From Heteronotia binoei (lineage: Eukaryota): a DNA stretch of 64,000 nucleotides. Of this stretch, positions 11,832 through 23,160 are shown piece by piece. The translations under genes were made by a program, and so were the position numbers. Every line of letters begins with the position of its first letter. Positions within the stretch are counted from its first letter, which is position 1. Below the pieces are notes generated by a model. It was not told the DNA's origin, ran no database searches, and was given only the letters and a program-made list of their open reading frames with translations. The stretch is from the NCBI RefSeq assembly GCF_032191835.1, contig NC_083224.1:17608001-17672000 (forward strand). The letters run 5' to 3'.

Positions 11832-11946
11832 ATATGGGGAGGATCCGTGAAGGTGGAAGCAGAGTTCTCTGAGGCAGAAGGAGCTCCGTCAGAGGAAGGT
11901 CAGAGGGCGCAGGCCCAGGAGTGTGCCCAAGATGCCCTGTCCAGTG
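11832..11946 (+). CDS. Gene 1 coding exon 2 (acidic linker IWGGSVKVEAEF...)
   Basis: ttacag acceptor, g|gtaagg donor, 115 bp (phase 0 to 1), conserved in the paralogs. Confidence 0.8.
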
Positions 11947-12106
11947 GTAAGGGGGCCTCCCGCCCAGATGGCATCTGGGAATACAGTGAAGTTGTTTGGT
12001 AGAAAGTTCAGGACAGGAGAAAAGGGTAATACTTCTGCAGACTATGTAGGATGGAGTTCTGGAAAATGGTGCCATAGGATGTCATGATGGCCACTCCACT
12101 TTAAGG

Positions 12107-12877
12107 TAGGGTTGCCAAGTCCAATTCAAGAAATATCTGGGGACTTTGGGAGTGGAGCCAGGAGATATTGTGGGCAGAGCCAGGAGGAAGGGTGCGACAA
12201 GCATAATTGAACTTCAAGGGAGTTCTGGCCATCACATTTAAAGGGACCGCACATCTTTTAAATGCCTTCCCTCCATAGGAAATAATGAAGGATAGGGGCA
12301 CCTTCTTTTGGAGCTTATAGAATTGGACCCCCTGGTCCAATCTTTTTGAAACTTGGCAGGTGTTTTGGGGAGAGATACTGGATGCTATGCTGCAAATTTG
12401 GTGCCTCTACCTCAACAAACAGCCCCCCCCAGAGCCCCAGATACCCGCAGATCAATTCTCCATTATTTCCTATGAGAATAAGTCTCCATAGGGAGTAATA
12501 GAGTTCCCTCCCCTCCCCCCACTTTCTCTCTCTCACTCACACACACGCTTAACTGTCTCTGGTGCCTCCATGACGAGGTCTGGAAAGTACAGGGGCTACG
12601 CTGCTCTCTTTTACACACACACTCACTTGTCTAAAACGAAAGCAAAACAAACGGAGGGGCTGCTGTTGCTAACCCTTCCCCATGAAGTACTTCCTGCTCC
12701 AATTTAAAGGAACACACACATTTTAAAACCGGACCTGTTTGCAGGTCCTGCCGGAGATCTAGAGGTACATGGTGGCTGTGGGGGAGGGGCTTCCCCTGCT
12801 GGCCAGCTGGCTGGGGGCGGGGGGAAGTCTGTAAAACCGGGGGATTCCCCGCTGGGACCTGGGGATTAGGAAGCCTA
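12107..12877. mobile_element. Non-autonomous hAT element, tagggttgcca type (related fragments near 45721-46030 and 51120-51190)
   Basis: 8-bp TSD ctttaagg; empty site in gene 2 near 37770. Confidence 0.82.
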
Positions 12878-13819
12878 CTTTAAGGGGAAACATACCGATT
12901 AATGGAGAGCAATGCCATTTGTAATATTAATGGAAATATGCATATCCTTCCTTCCATTAGAAAGACTCAAGGTGGCTCAAAAAAAGAAAAGGAAGACAAA
13001 TCTGGGTGTAGCTGTTAGCCTGACCAGCATGGCCCAGACTACCCAAGGTCATCAGATCTCAGAAGCTAAGAATGGTCAGCCCTGGTTAGTGTTAGGATTG
13101 GGAGACCAAAGAAGTTCAGGGTTGCTATGCAGAGGGCAGGCAATGGGAAACCACCTCTGAATGTCTCTTGCCTTGAAAAACGGGGGTCACCATAAGTCAG
13201 CTGTGACTTGACAGTACTTTAGACACACCCACACCCCGTTCTGGGGCAGCAAATCTAGGAAACCCCACTGTCAGAGGCCAGTAATTTGGACTCTGTGTCC
13301 CAGTTTAAAGACTTTTCAGGGGCATCTGGGTGGCAACACTCAGAAAGAGGATTCTGGATTAGGGGTGCCTGGCCCCCCTGTGAGGTTTGCAGGTGGAGGA
13401 TGGGCTGGACATGGAGTCATTTTCATGTCTCCTCCGGCCAAATACCTGAATGTTAAGTCAGACTATCAGCAGACTCTCTGGAAACACATTGGCAACACCC
13501 TAGAGTTTTATCTGATGTGCTAAAATCACATGGGTTTAGGACTGGTTGTGATAGCTATATGTCATGTCACATGGTTTCTGGTCACCTGCTTTCCTCCTGG
13601 CAGTCCAGATTACAGGATGGGTAAGAAGGCCCAGGAGGTGGGAGAATGTCATGCCTGGGCTTTTGGTCTGATCTAGCAGGGATACTGAAGCCATTGGAGC
13701 TCCAGGGCTCACAGGGCACATTTCAAGCCTCACAGAAGTCTGAATTGTGTTTGCAGCAGTTATAACCCCCCAAAGTTTGTGGGTACCTGAGACTTCTCTT
13801 CCACCTCTCCCAAAGTTTC

Positions 13820-14530
13820 CTAAATGTTCTTACAAACAGCTGCCAGGCTGTTAATGGGAGTTCCTTTACGGGAACACATTCAGCCTGTGCTGAAAGCACT
13901 GCATTGTCTACCAATAATGTACCGGATTCGCTTCAAGGTGCTGGTTTTAATCTTTAAAGCCCTACATGGCCAGGGTCCTACATACCTTAGGGACTGCCTT
14001 TCCCCATATATGCCCCAGCAAGCACTTCGGTCCGGGTCTCAAAACCTGTTGACAGTTCCCAGCGTCAGGGAAGTTAGGCTTCCGTCAACTAGAGCCAGGG
14101 CCTTTTCCGTTGCTGCCCCTAGCTGGTGGAATGAGTTGCCGGAGGAGGTTAGGGTCCTGCGAGAGTTTCCACAGTTCTGCAGGGGCTGTAAAATGGCACT
14201 CTTCCACCATGCTTTCACATAATGGTAACTTCTACAGCAAAGGATCAAGCCCATAAACCAGAAACTTAAACATCACTCTGGATTTCTTACCACGCGATGG
14301 TGATCTGGGGTCCCTTTGGAACATCTAATACCGACTGTCTAGTTATATTGCTACCATCGAAATCTTAACTGTTTGTAAGAACTATTGCACTAGCAACCTA
14401 TGGATGTTGATGTATTAATAATTGTTTTTATCGCTGTTTTATCTTGTTCGGTCATTGTTTGACCCCAACCTGTGAGCCGCCCTGAGCTTGCCTTCAGTGG
14501 GGAGGGGGTGGAATATAAATAAAATAAATA
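13820..14530 (+). mobile_element. L2-clade LINE 3' fragment
   Basis: AARLLMG...HIQPVLKALHCLPIMYRIRFKVLVLIFKALHG...RAFSVAAPSWWNELP; tail gtgagccgccctgag and (taaa)n. Confidence 0.85.
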
Positions 14531-14679
14531 AATAAAAATTAAAAAACCACGTTCTTGAGTGTAAAGAAGACAAGGTTTCACGAGTCTGGGAACTGGGACG
14601 CGTAAGGAAAACTGAGACAAGCAAACAAAATAGGAATCGGAGGCTAAAATTCTTCCTTCCCATTTTGTCTCCCTTGCAG

Positions 14680-14750
14680 GCGGTGTAGAGACATTATCGA
14701 GCCCTATTCTAGGCAGAGAAGTGGAAATGCTTCCTCGACCTCTGGTCCAG
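14680..14750 (+). CDS. Gene 1 coding exon 3 (71-bp linker)
   Basis: cccttgcag acceptor, cag|gtgtgt donor; 71 bp converts phase 1 to phase 0 as the KRAB exon requires; same length in genes 2 and 3. Confidence 0.78.
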
Positions 14751-14963
14751 GTGTGTGTATGGGGGGAGGATGAACAGAAGATAGTTAGTAATCTTTCTCA
14801 AGGAAGCTTTTGTTCCTGCAGTCTTAGGAAGAGAGGCTCTGAACAGCCCAGCCTTTACGCATACTGAGCTCTGCATCCTGCACCCTCACAAACTCCCCCT
14901 GTTGGAAATGTCAAGTCTCTGCCCAGCATGATCTGTGATGAGGGGATCTGCTTCTTCTTTCAG

Positions 14964-15090
14964 TCTCCAGTTTCCTTTGAGGAGGTGGCCGTGTATTTCA
15001 CCATGGCGGAGTGGGGCCTGCTAGATCCGGGCCAAAAAGCCCTCTATAGTGAAGTCATGCTGGAGAACTATGGGAGTGTGGCTTTTCTGG
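14964..15090 (+). CDS. Gene 1 coding exon 4 (KRAB-A)
   Basis: [42 protein letters not shown]; 127-bp exon typical of KRAB-A; ttcag acceptor, g|gtaagg donor. Confidence 0.93.
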
Positions 15091-17544
15091 GTAAGGATCT
15101 CTTGTGGGTGCTAAAGGTGTGAATCGCCGCCATTGGGATGATGCACGAATCAACAGCAATAACTTTTTGTGAGGCCAGTGCAGTGTAATTGGCCACCACT
15201 AGGTGCCTTGAGAAGTTGGGGTGGCCATGAAAGTGATGTTCAGCAGAGCCAGGTAGATCGATACAAGCTACCCCACTGATCCAGGGGCAGCTGAGGCTAG
15301 TTCTGAGGCCGTCACCCAAGCCAGAAAGGGTGTCGTGGCCCGAGTCCAAGGCGGGAATTAGACAGCCTCAGAAAGACTCTGGAAGCAGCCAGATCCTGAT
15401 TTCGCAGTTGTCAGCCTTTACCACATCCCCTTCCCCAGATGGGATTTTGGCCATCCACTCTGACTGTAATCTGGAAAAGATCCATCTCCCTTAGAATGGT
15501 TAGCCTTGTGGGCTTTGATCCAGACCATGGTTTGGTCCTTCCAAAAGAAATTTTCCTCTTTCTTGGATTTCTTTCCTTCCCCATATAAAAATGATCCATC
15601 CCCCCACCCTTTCTCTGTCTGTCTAAGAAGCCAAGAATATAAGAGATCCTACGCTGGAGACAGACCGAGGCCTTGCATCTGAAAAATTGCTGCAGAGTTT
15701 TTCCGGAAGATCTGAAGAGACTGTTTCCTTCCCCAATCAACTGGTAGCAAGTGAGTATCCTTTACAGTTATATCAAGGGAATGGGGAAAGAATCCCCATG
15801 GGACCTTTCCTCTTCACTTCTAAGCAACACTTGGTTGGGTAGAATTCCCAAGCCTGAAGAGTGAGAGGGGGAGAGAGAGGGGAGGGGCCTTCGGGGGCCT
15901 GGAATCGGGAGGCTCAGAAGCTCCTTCAGGGGCTGAGCTCACTTGTGGCTGTTGAGTGGCTGCACTAGCCTTAAATACTAAATATTCCAAGGAATGGGAG
16001 ATTAGATAAGACCAGCCCTGCTAGATGAGGCCAAAGGCACACCAGCCCTTTCCTTCATTCTTCACATGGATGCCTTCAGGCCTTCTTGTTAGTTGCAGGG
16101 TTTGAATGCTTCCTTGGGAGCTGTTCTACCTTGCAGGGGTGTCCTATGGCAAGTAGTCCCACCAGTTAACCCAAGTCGAACCACAACAACCTCTGTTGTC
16201 ATGAGATGGATCAGTCCTCACCCGAAGAGAGTGGAATCGTGTGCTTCTGAAGAGATTCAATAGCCCAGTAAACAGAGAGACAAGTTCTCAGTTGAAGCAC
16301 AGTTGGTTGAGCCACAACAGAAGCGCCACAACAACCTCGTCTCCCCAAGAGGCAAGCAACCAACTCCTTCTCAAAGTTCCTCCCACCCTCTTGAGGCAGG
16401 AAAGTGTCTGCCACAAAAACCAGACAGACACAGACACAGAAAAGCCAAGTATACCTGTCTAATTAGTGCACTCTGATGCCCGGTTTTCTTCAAGGCTGGC
16501 TGACGCCATGACACCCCTATGCTGACAAACTAGCGTCTCCATGTTTAGATTACATCACCCAGGTCATGCTGAATAGGCATTGTACACCTTTATGTCCGGT
16601 GTGTGTTCCTTGCATGTTACAGGTGTTTTGGGAAGATGGAAGAGGACAGACTCTTCTCTGGCCTTATCTGGACTTTTTGTCACTTTGTGTTCCTCTGGGA
16701 TGGGCTATCAGAGTCTCTTACTCTACTGGAACAAGTCAATGACCTTGAGGCCCCATAAGCCAGGTTTTTTTGGCTATCTCTTGCTGGCAATAAGTGTTGA
16801 TGTGCCAGTGCTTAGTGAGGGTGGTCTTTAGTGACGCAAAGAATGAAGGCTTGCACAAAGCAGTGGTAAAACTACTATATACAATTTATTTACACCTCCA
16901 CTCTCCAAACCGACAGAATGCTCCGCTGCAACACCACCATACATAACCCACACATAGTAAAGTGTCTCTGTACATTTATACAATTCATCCACCCAGGTGA
17001 CCAATCAGCTTGCCGCTGAGTCATGCTGACATTGCCCAGGCTGATGCAATCTGGCAAGCAGCCGCCTCCTGTCACTTAGATGATCTACCTGGCAGATCAG
17101 TTACTTTCACTTTCCCAGCGTGTGCTTAGAAACTGTCATTGTCTTCCACAATATTAACAATAAGATGCACTCCTTTCCAGAGAGACAGGCTGACTTGGTG
17201 CGTCTAGGCAGGGGCCATTTTGTAGAAAAAGAGGTGCAGGAGCTCATTATCATATCCCATTATCATAACATTTCACATGCCACACTCTTTGCAACTCTCA
17301 ACGACAGTGGAAGGGAAGGGGCAGCTCGGCCTTCTTCTGGTCTTAATGAGGGCTGCTGGGGTGTGGCTATACTCCTGGTGGCTGCCTGGCCCCCCACCCT
17401 CCCTCACTACCAGTCTTTAAAAAGCCAGGGATTGGAGGGGCGGAGCGTCGCCGAACATGGTGGACGCACTTTAGTACTGCTCCAAGCCTTCCCTCCGAAA
17501 TCCCGGCCCTCCTGTAAAACCGCGGACGGGGAAAGCAGCTCCAA

Positions 17545-18540
17545 ATGGGAAAAACATTAAAAAACAAATCCAAGGCACCAGAAACACCAAAAACAACAAA
17601 GAAAAGGACGCCCCAGACGGTAAGGAAATTTTTTTCGCCTACCTCCTCACCGGGGCGGGAAAATCAAGCGACCCCAGTTATGGCGGCAAGACAGAGCCCT
17701 TCCGAGTTAGAGAACCTAAATAATGACGAGACTCAGATAACAAAAAAGGACTTAATGCAATTAAAAGAGGACATTCATGCTTTCTTTAAGGAGTCAATGA
17801 AGTCCTGGATAGACCCCATAAATAAAAAAGTTGAAGAACTGGCAAGCGACTTGGAAATAACCTCCAAAATGGCGGATCGCAATGCCGAAGCCTCACTTGC
17901 TTTACAGACCGAAATGAAACAAATAAAAGTCAATGAAGCAAGGCTTACCACACGAATTATAACACTTGAAAACAGATGGAGAGCCCTCAATTTGAAGGTC
18001 AGAGGGATCAAAGAGGGGTCAGAAGAAAATCTGGGTATTTTACCCTTTATAACTAAATGGTTGACGGAGGTCCTGGGTCGGGAAAACAGCGTAGTTCCGG
18101 AGATTACCAAGGCTATGAGACTGGGACCGGCTGCCATGGCAAGGACAGGAAAACCGCGGGATATAATGGTCCAGTTTTTAAACCCTACAATGAGAACAAG
18201 AGTACTCCAGGAAGCTAGAAAGAAAGGCACACTGACCCATGAAGGACAAAGAGTTCTGCTTCTTTTAGACTTGCCACCAGAAGCACTAGAGAAAAGAAGA
18301 CGCTTGAAGCTTTTCGCGACTAAACTATACAATGAAAACATTAGATTTCGTTGGAGTCCAGTATCAGACATTATTGTATATAAAGGAGGAGCTTTACTGA
18401 AAGCATCGGACTTGAAAACTGGAAAACTGCTCATGAACAAACTGAGTATTAAATTGTCCCAAAGGGACGAGGAAGACCTAAGAGCCATCTGCCCAGAACT
18501 AGAAGAGGGAGAGGAAGAACAAACTCCTACGACCACTTGA
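17545..18540 (+). CDS. ORF1: L1 ORF1p (coiled coil, RRM, CTD), 331 aa
   Basis: Heptad-rich segment followed by LENRWRALNLKVRGIKE and KPRDIMVQF, typical of L1 ORF1p; lies upstream of ORF2. Confidence 0.88.
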   Translation: MGKTLKNKSKAPETPKTTKKRTPQTVRKFFSPTSSPGRENQATPVMAARQSPSELENLNNDETQITKKDLMQLKEDIHAFFKESMKSWIDPINKKVEELASDLEITSKMADRNAEASLALQTEMKQIKVNEARLTTRIITLENRWRALNLKVRGIKEGSEENLGILPFITKWLTEVLGRENSVVPEITKAMRLGPAAMARTGKPRDIMVQFLNPTMRTRVLQEARKKGTLTHEGQRVLLLLDLPPEALEKRRRLKLFATKLYNENIRFRWSPVSDIIVYKGGALLKASDLKTGKLLMNKLSIKLSQRDEEDLRAICPELEEGEEEQTPTTT

Positions 18541-19326
18541 ACTATTAATAATTTGACAACGGGCTTAACTATAAGAAGAAAAGAAGAAATAAGACACTAT
18601 TTTAATATATACTGGACGCATCTTAAATGTACTTAAAAAGTTTCATGATTAGAAGTAATATCATTCACTACCACTAGAGGGTAGTGTTACACAAGTAAAT
18701 TAGACAGGTTTTGTACTAAAACTTTACTGATTGCGTAGTAGAATGTAACTCAAATATTACTCTGTATAAGTTTAATTGCATAGAAGACTAGGAGGGGAGT
18801 GTAAGTAATTAGAGGTATGCTTGAGTGAGGATGGGTATGAGTGTTGAAGAATTAGCTAAAATGAGTATGAATGAGATGTGAATGGAAGTAGACACAGTTA
18901 GCAATAGATGTGACATGAAAAATGCTATAAGCCATAAAAGCTATCTATAAAATGTTATGCTAAGATGAGGAATATAGTTCAGTCTGCATAGATCTTTATA
19001 GGAGGGGAGGAGGGAACTTTATGATATACAAGGATATATATGGATAAGCACAGTAAACTTGTAACATCGCCCCCGGGTAATAGGTAATAGGTGATAGGAT
19101 TCTGCATCTTTTCAGATAAGAAAGCAGTGAAAGAGCTTTCTTTGCTCTAGTTTGTATTCCCTAAGGGGAGGAGTCTCTGAAAAGGTTTCCTAGTTAGGAA
19201 GTTTAAGTTTGAAAGTTGTGTTTTAAAGTTAGGATTTGTATTGTAAGGTGGTGTGGCGTTCAAACACTACTGAAAATTGTTGTGACTAATATTTTTATCT
19301 ATATTTTTTAGTAGACTGTTGCAAAG

Positions 19327-22300
19327 ATGACACGTTCATATAAACTCCTTAGTTGGAATTGTAGAGGCCTTAATAATATTGTTAAGCGTAAGAGGCTACT
19401 CAACACGATGCAAAGAGAAAGAGCAAACATTGTGTGCCTACAGGAGACGCATCTAAAAAATACAAATGGTAAGCTATTGTCTTCAAACTGGTTTAACCAA
19501 AGTTATATGGCAGCAGGTACATCCAAATCTAGAGGGGTAGCAATCTTAATATCTAAATCAGTACCCTTTCAATGCCAAAAAGTAAAAGTGGACCCTAGAG
19601 GTCATTACATCTTTATTAATGGAGAAATCGAGGGCCAGCCATTAACAATAGCATCTTTGTACGCCCCAAATGTAAACCAAAAAGAATTTTTGCAGAATAC
19701 TCTACAACTACTATCAGAATTCCAGAAGGGAGATATAATAATTGGTGCAGATTTAAATTATATACTGGATCCCAAATTGGATAGGACATACAAGACAGGG
19801 AAAAAAATATTGAAGCCAACAGGTTTACAAGATATATTAGACACATTCTATTTGGTGGACTTATGGCGGACATTAAATCCAGGTACTAGACAATATACAT
19901 ACTACTCCAATGTTCACCAAATCCACACGAGAATTGATTATCTCCTAGTGAGTAAAAGAATGGCTAATCAAATTCAGGACGCAGATATAGGTCCACGCAC
20001 AATTTCAGACCACTCCTGGGTTGTGGGGTCACTCACCACCCAAAATGATGATGAGCAGGGTTATAATTGGAAACTGAATAAATTACTTCTGCAAGATGAA
20101 TTGATTTGTAAAAAAATTACAGCAGCAATACGGGAATACTTCAAATTTAACAACACCAAGGATGTAACACAAGGGACACTGTGGGACGCATTTAAAGCAG
20201 TTATTAGAGGGCAGCTAATAGCAATAGCCTCCAACCATAAAAAGGAAAGGCAATCGTTAATATTAGAACTTACCAATAACATTAAACACATGGAACAGCA
20301 ATACGCAAAAAAAGGAGGGAAAAAATTGCTTAGGAAGCTAGAACAGGAACGTAAAAAGCTGGAACTAATGGAAACATCCCAAATACAAAAGAACTTATTG
20401 ATACTCAAACAAAAATATTTTACCAAAACACCCAAATCAATAAAATTGCTCAAACAGAGGACTACGCAAAAAAAGGCCTCATATATTATTCATAACATGC
20501 GAAATCAACAGGGATCTCTAGTTACAAAAACTAGTGAAATAATCCAAGTTTTTCAAGAATTCTATCAGAAGCTATACGAGTCAAAGAACCCAGACCCAAA
20601 TACTATTAAGGAATATCTTACTTCTATAAACTATAATGTTAAAATATCCTCAGAACATAAGACATATTTAGAAAATGATATAACTCCTCTTGAGCTATCT
20701 GAAACCCTCAAACATATCAAAAACAATAAAGCCCCGGGCAGGGACGGTATCCCTATAGAATTCTATAAGGCATTTGAACAAGAACTGATGGACCCCCTGG
20801 CTTCCACCTGCAATTCAGTCATGCAAAGTGGGCAAATGCCTAATACTTGGTCTGAAGCAAGGATTACAGTTATCCCTAAACCGGGCAAGGACAAGCAAAA
20901 TCCAGCCTCATTCAGACCTATCTCCGTTTTGAATAACGATTTTAAAATCTTCTCTGCGCTGATGGCTAATAGATTGAATAACATCATTACAGATTATATA
21001 CACATAGACCAATCAGGTTTTATCCCCACAAGAACGTTAACGGACAATATCCGTAAAACAATAGACTTAATATATTTGGGGAAACAAAGACAAGAAGAAT
21101 CGGTCCTTTTGGCCATCGACGCAGAGAAAGCCTTTGACAGGGTGGAGGTCCCGTATTTAAATACTCTATTACAATATATGGGATTTGGCCAGAAATTTTT
21201 AACATCTATTAAAACTTTATATGCAAAGCCGAAGGCTCAAATTTACATTAACAACTATAGATCTGTAGACCTGGAGTTGCATAGGGGTACGAGGCAAGGA
21301 TGTCCCCTGTCTCCTATATTATTTGCACTGTCTATAGAACCGCTAGCTTTTGCAGTACGTAATGAGAAACTGATAACAGGCATCTCAGTAGGAAATGAAG
21401 AGTATAAATTGAGTTTATTTGCTGATGACGCAGTTTTTTATGTTACAAACCCATTACAATCTATTACCTCGTTGGTACATCATATCCAAAAATTCGGGGA
21501 AATATCAGGTTTTAAAATAAATTATTCAAAATCTGAGTTATACCCAATAGTCTTATCTCAAAACACTAAGTCAAACATATTAAACGCTTTTCCGTTTAAG
21601 TGGGTTCAAAAATCTATTAGACACCTGGGTATTCAAATACCATTAAATTTGCAAGACCTTTATGATGTCAACTATAAATCAATGGATAGTACCATCAAAA
21701 TACAACTAGAACAGTGGAACAAATTAAACTTGACTTTGTTAGAAAAGATCGATATGATTAAAACCTTTATTCTTCCTAAATATCTGTTTCTATTTTACAA
21801 TCTACCTTGCTATATCTCAACAAAGGACTTTAAAAACAGACAAAACTTTATTTCCAAGTTCTTGTGGTCAAACAAAAAACCAAGATTTCATTTTAATTTA
21901 ATGACGAGACCAACAAAACAGGGGGGGTTGAGTTTACCTAATTTTGAATCATATTATTTAGCTGCAAATCTAAAAAACATCTTAATGTATGCAATAAAGG
22001 ATTGCACGAAAGCATGGGTAAAAATTGAAGCATCATATTTAACAGATGACCATCTATGGGAAGCCATTTGGAACACTCCTAAAGACAGACACCTTACTGT
22101 ACATAATAACCCTTACTTGGCCTTGACATTAAAAATATGGGATAAGTACAAAAAAATCTTAATACCATCCACTTCCCCGATGGCAAGCTTTCTGGGGCAA
22201 GCGTGGTTTAAACCAGGACGTGCACTTGGGGATTTTAGGGTTTGGAGAGAGGCAGGAATATACCAATTCCAAAATATCATTAAGAATGGTCAAATGCTTA

Positions 22301-23160
22301 CTAAAACACAATTGGAGACCCAATTTAAAATATTAATCCCATGGTTTCAATACCAACAAATACATTATACACTGCACAACCCCAGAATTACAGAACTAAT
22401 TGACAGGCCGCTAACAACCTTTGAAAACCTGCTGAGAAGGAACACAGAGCGAATCAAAACACTAACGTCAACTATATATAACTTAATTAATGATAAAGAG
22501 TGGTCTGGCATTACAAACCAACAGAAAGCTTGGGAAAAAGACTGTGGCATAGCTTTTTCTCAGGAACAATGGCAATCTATATGGGAATCCCCACTCTACA
22601 CCACATACTCTTTAAATCTGAAACTTCAAAACTATAAACTGTACGCAAGATGGTATTTGACGCCTAAGAAACTGTTTTTGGCTCACATAAAACCAACTTC
22701 AGAATGTTGGAAAAATTGCAAGCAGGAAGGGTCGTTCATTCATTGTTGGTGGCTGTGCCCAGGAATTAACAAATTTTGGAGAGAAATTAAACTTATAATT
22801 GATAAGATTGCAGCAGATGATATACCATTTACACCTGAATCTTTTCTTTTAAATTATTGGCCTACTTTGAAACTCTCGAAACTGAGAAAGGAATTAATAA
22901 CTCTCTTGTTAATGGCGGCAAAGCTACTGATTGCACAATTTTGGAAAAAGGATGCGTCCCCTACGGCACAACAATGGCTGACAAAAGTTTGGGAGGTAGC
23001 AGCTCTGGATAAATTAGCAATACAAATAAAGGCAATGGAGACACAAAGGAAAAACAACAATTTTATTGAAAAATGGTTTCCGTTCTTTAAATACATAAAT
23101 TCAGAAGAAGAGCCTCAGAAATATATTCCAAAGAAATATATTGACTTTGCATATTATTGA
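19327..23160 (+). CDS. ORF2: L1 ORF2p (APE endonuclease, reverse transcriptase, Cys-rich C-terminus), 1277 aa
   Basis: EN motifs SWNCRGL, CLQETH, GADLN, RIDY, SDH; RT motifs DAEKAFD, GTRQGCPLSP, FADD; C-terminal CWKNC...HCWWLC. Confidence 0.97.
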   Translation: MTRSYKLLSWNCRGLNNIVKRKRLLNTMQRERANIVCLQETHLKNTNGKLLSSNWFNQSYMAAGTSKSRGVAILISKSVPFQCQKVKVDPRGHYIFINGEIEGQPLTIASLYAPNVNQKEFLQNTLQLLSEFQKGDIIIGADLNYILDPKLDRTYKTGKKILKPTGLQDILDTFYLVDLWRTLNPGTRQYTYYSNVHQIHTRIDYLLVSKRMANQIQDADIGPRTISDHSWVVGSLTTQNDDEQGYNWKLNKLLLQDELICKKITAAIREYFKFNNTKDVTQGTLWDAFKAVIRGQLIAIASNHKKERQSLILELTNNIKHMEQQYAKKGGKKLLRKLEQERKKLELMETSQIQKNLLILKQKYFTKTPKSIKLLKQRTTQKKASYIIHNMRNQQGSLVTKTSEIIQVFQEFYQKLYESKNPDPNTIKEYLTSINYNVKISSEHKTYLENDITPLELSETLKHIKNNKAPGRDGIPIEFYKAFEQELMDPLASTCNSVMQSGQMPNTWSEARITVIPKPGKDKQNPASFRPISVLNNDFKIFSALMANRLNNIITDYIHIDQSGFIPTRTLTDNIRKTIDLIYLGKQRQEESVLLAIDAEKAFDRVEVPYLNTLLQYMGFGQKFLTSIKTLYAKPKAQIYINNYRSVDLELHRGTRQGCPLSPILFALSIEPLAFAVRNEKLITGISVGNEEYKLSLFADDAVFYVTNPLQSITSLVHHIQKFGEISGFKINYSKSELYPIVLSQNTKSNILNAFPFKWVQKSIRHLGIQIPLNLQDLYDVNYKSMDSTIKIQLEQWNKLNLTLLEKIDMIKTFILPKYLFLFYNLPCYISTKDFKNRQNFISKFLWSNKKPRFHFNLMTRPTKQGGLSLPNFESYYLAANLKNILMYAIKDCTKAWVKIEASYLTDDHLWEAIWNTPKDRHLTVHNNPYLALTLKIWDKYKKILIPSTSPMASFLGQAWFKPGRALGDFRVWREAGIYQFQNIIKNGQMLTKTQLETQFKILIPWFQYQQIHYTLHNPRITELIDRPLTTFENLLRRNTERIKTLTSTIYNLINDKEWSGITNQQKAWEKDCGIAFSQEQWQSIWESPLYTTYSLNLKLQNYKLYARWYLTPKKLFLAHIKPTSECWKNCKQEGSFIHCWWLCPGINKFWREIKLIIDKIAADDIPFTPESFLLNYWPTLKLSKLRKELITLLLMAAKLLIAQFWKKDASPTAQQWLTKVWEVAALDKLAIQIKAMETQRKNNNFIEKWFPFFKYINSEEEPQKYIPKKYIDFAYY

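Noticed and set aside
16240-17400. Gene 1-specific intronic sequence flanking the L1
   Set aside because: No motif, terminal repeat or convincing ORF recognised; left unannotated.
17775-18536. 253-aa antisense ORF inside L1 ORF1
   Set aside because: It is a Ser/Leu/Phe-rich mirror of a purine-rich coding strand, lies wholly within ORF1 and has no independent motif.
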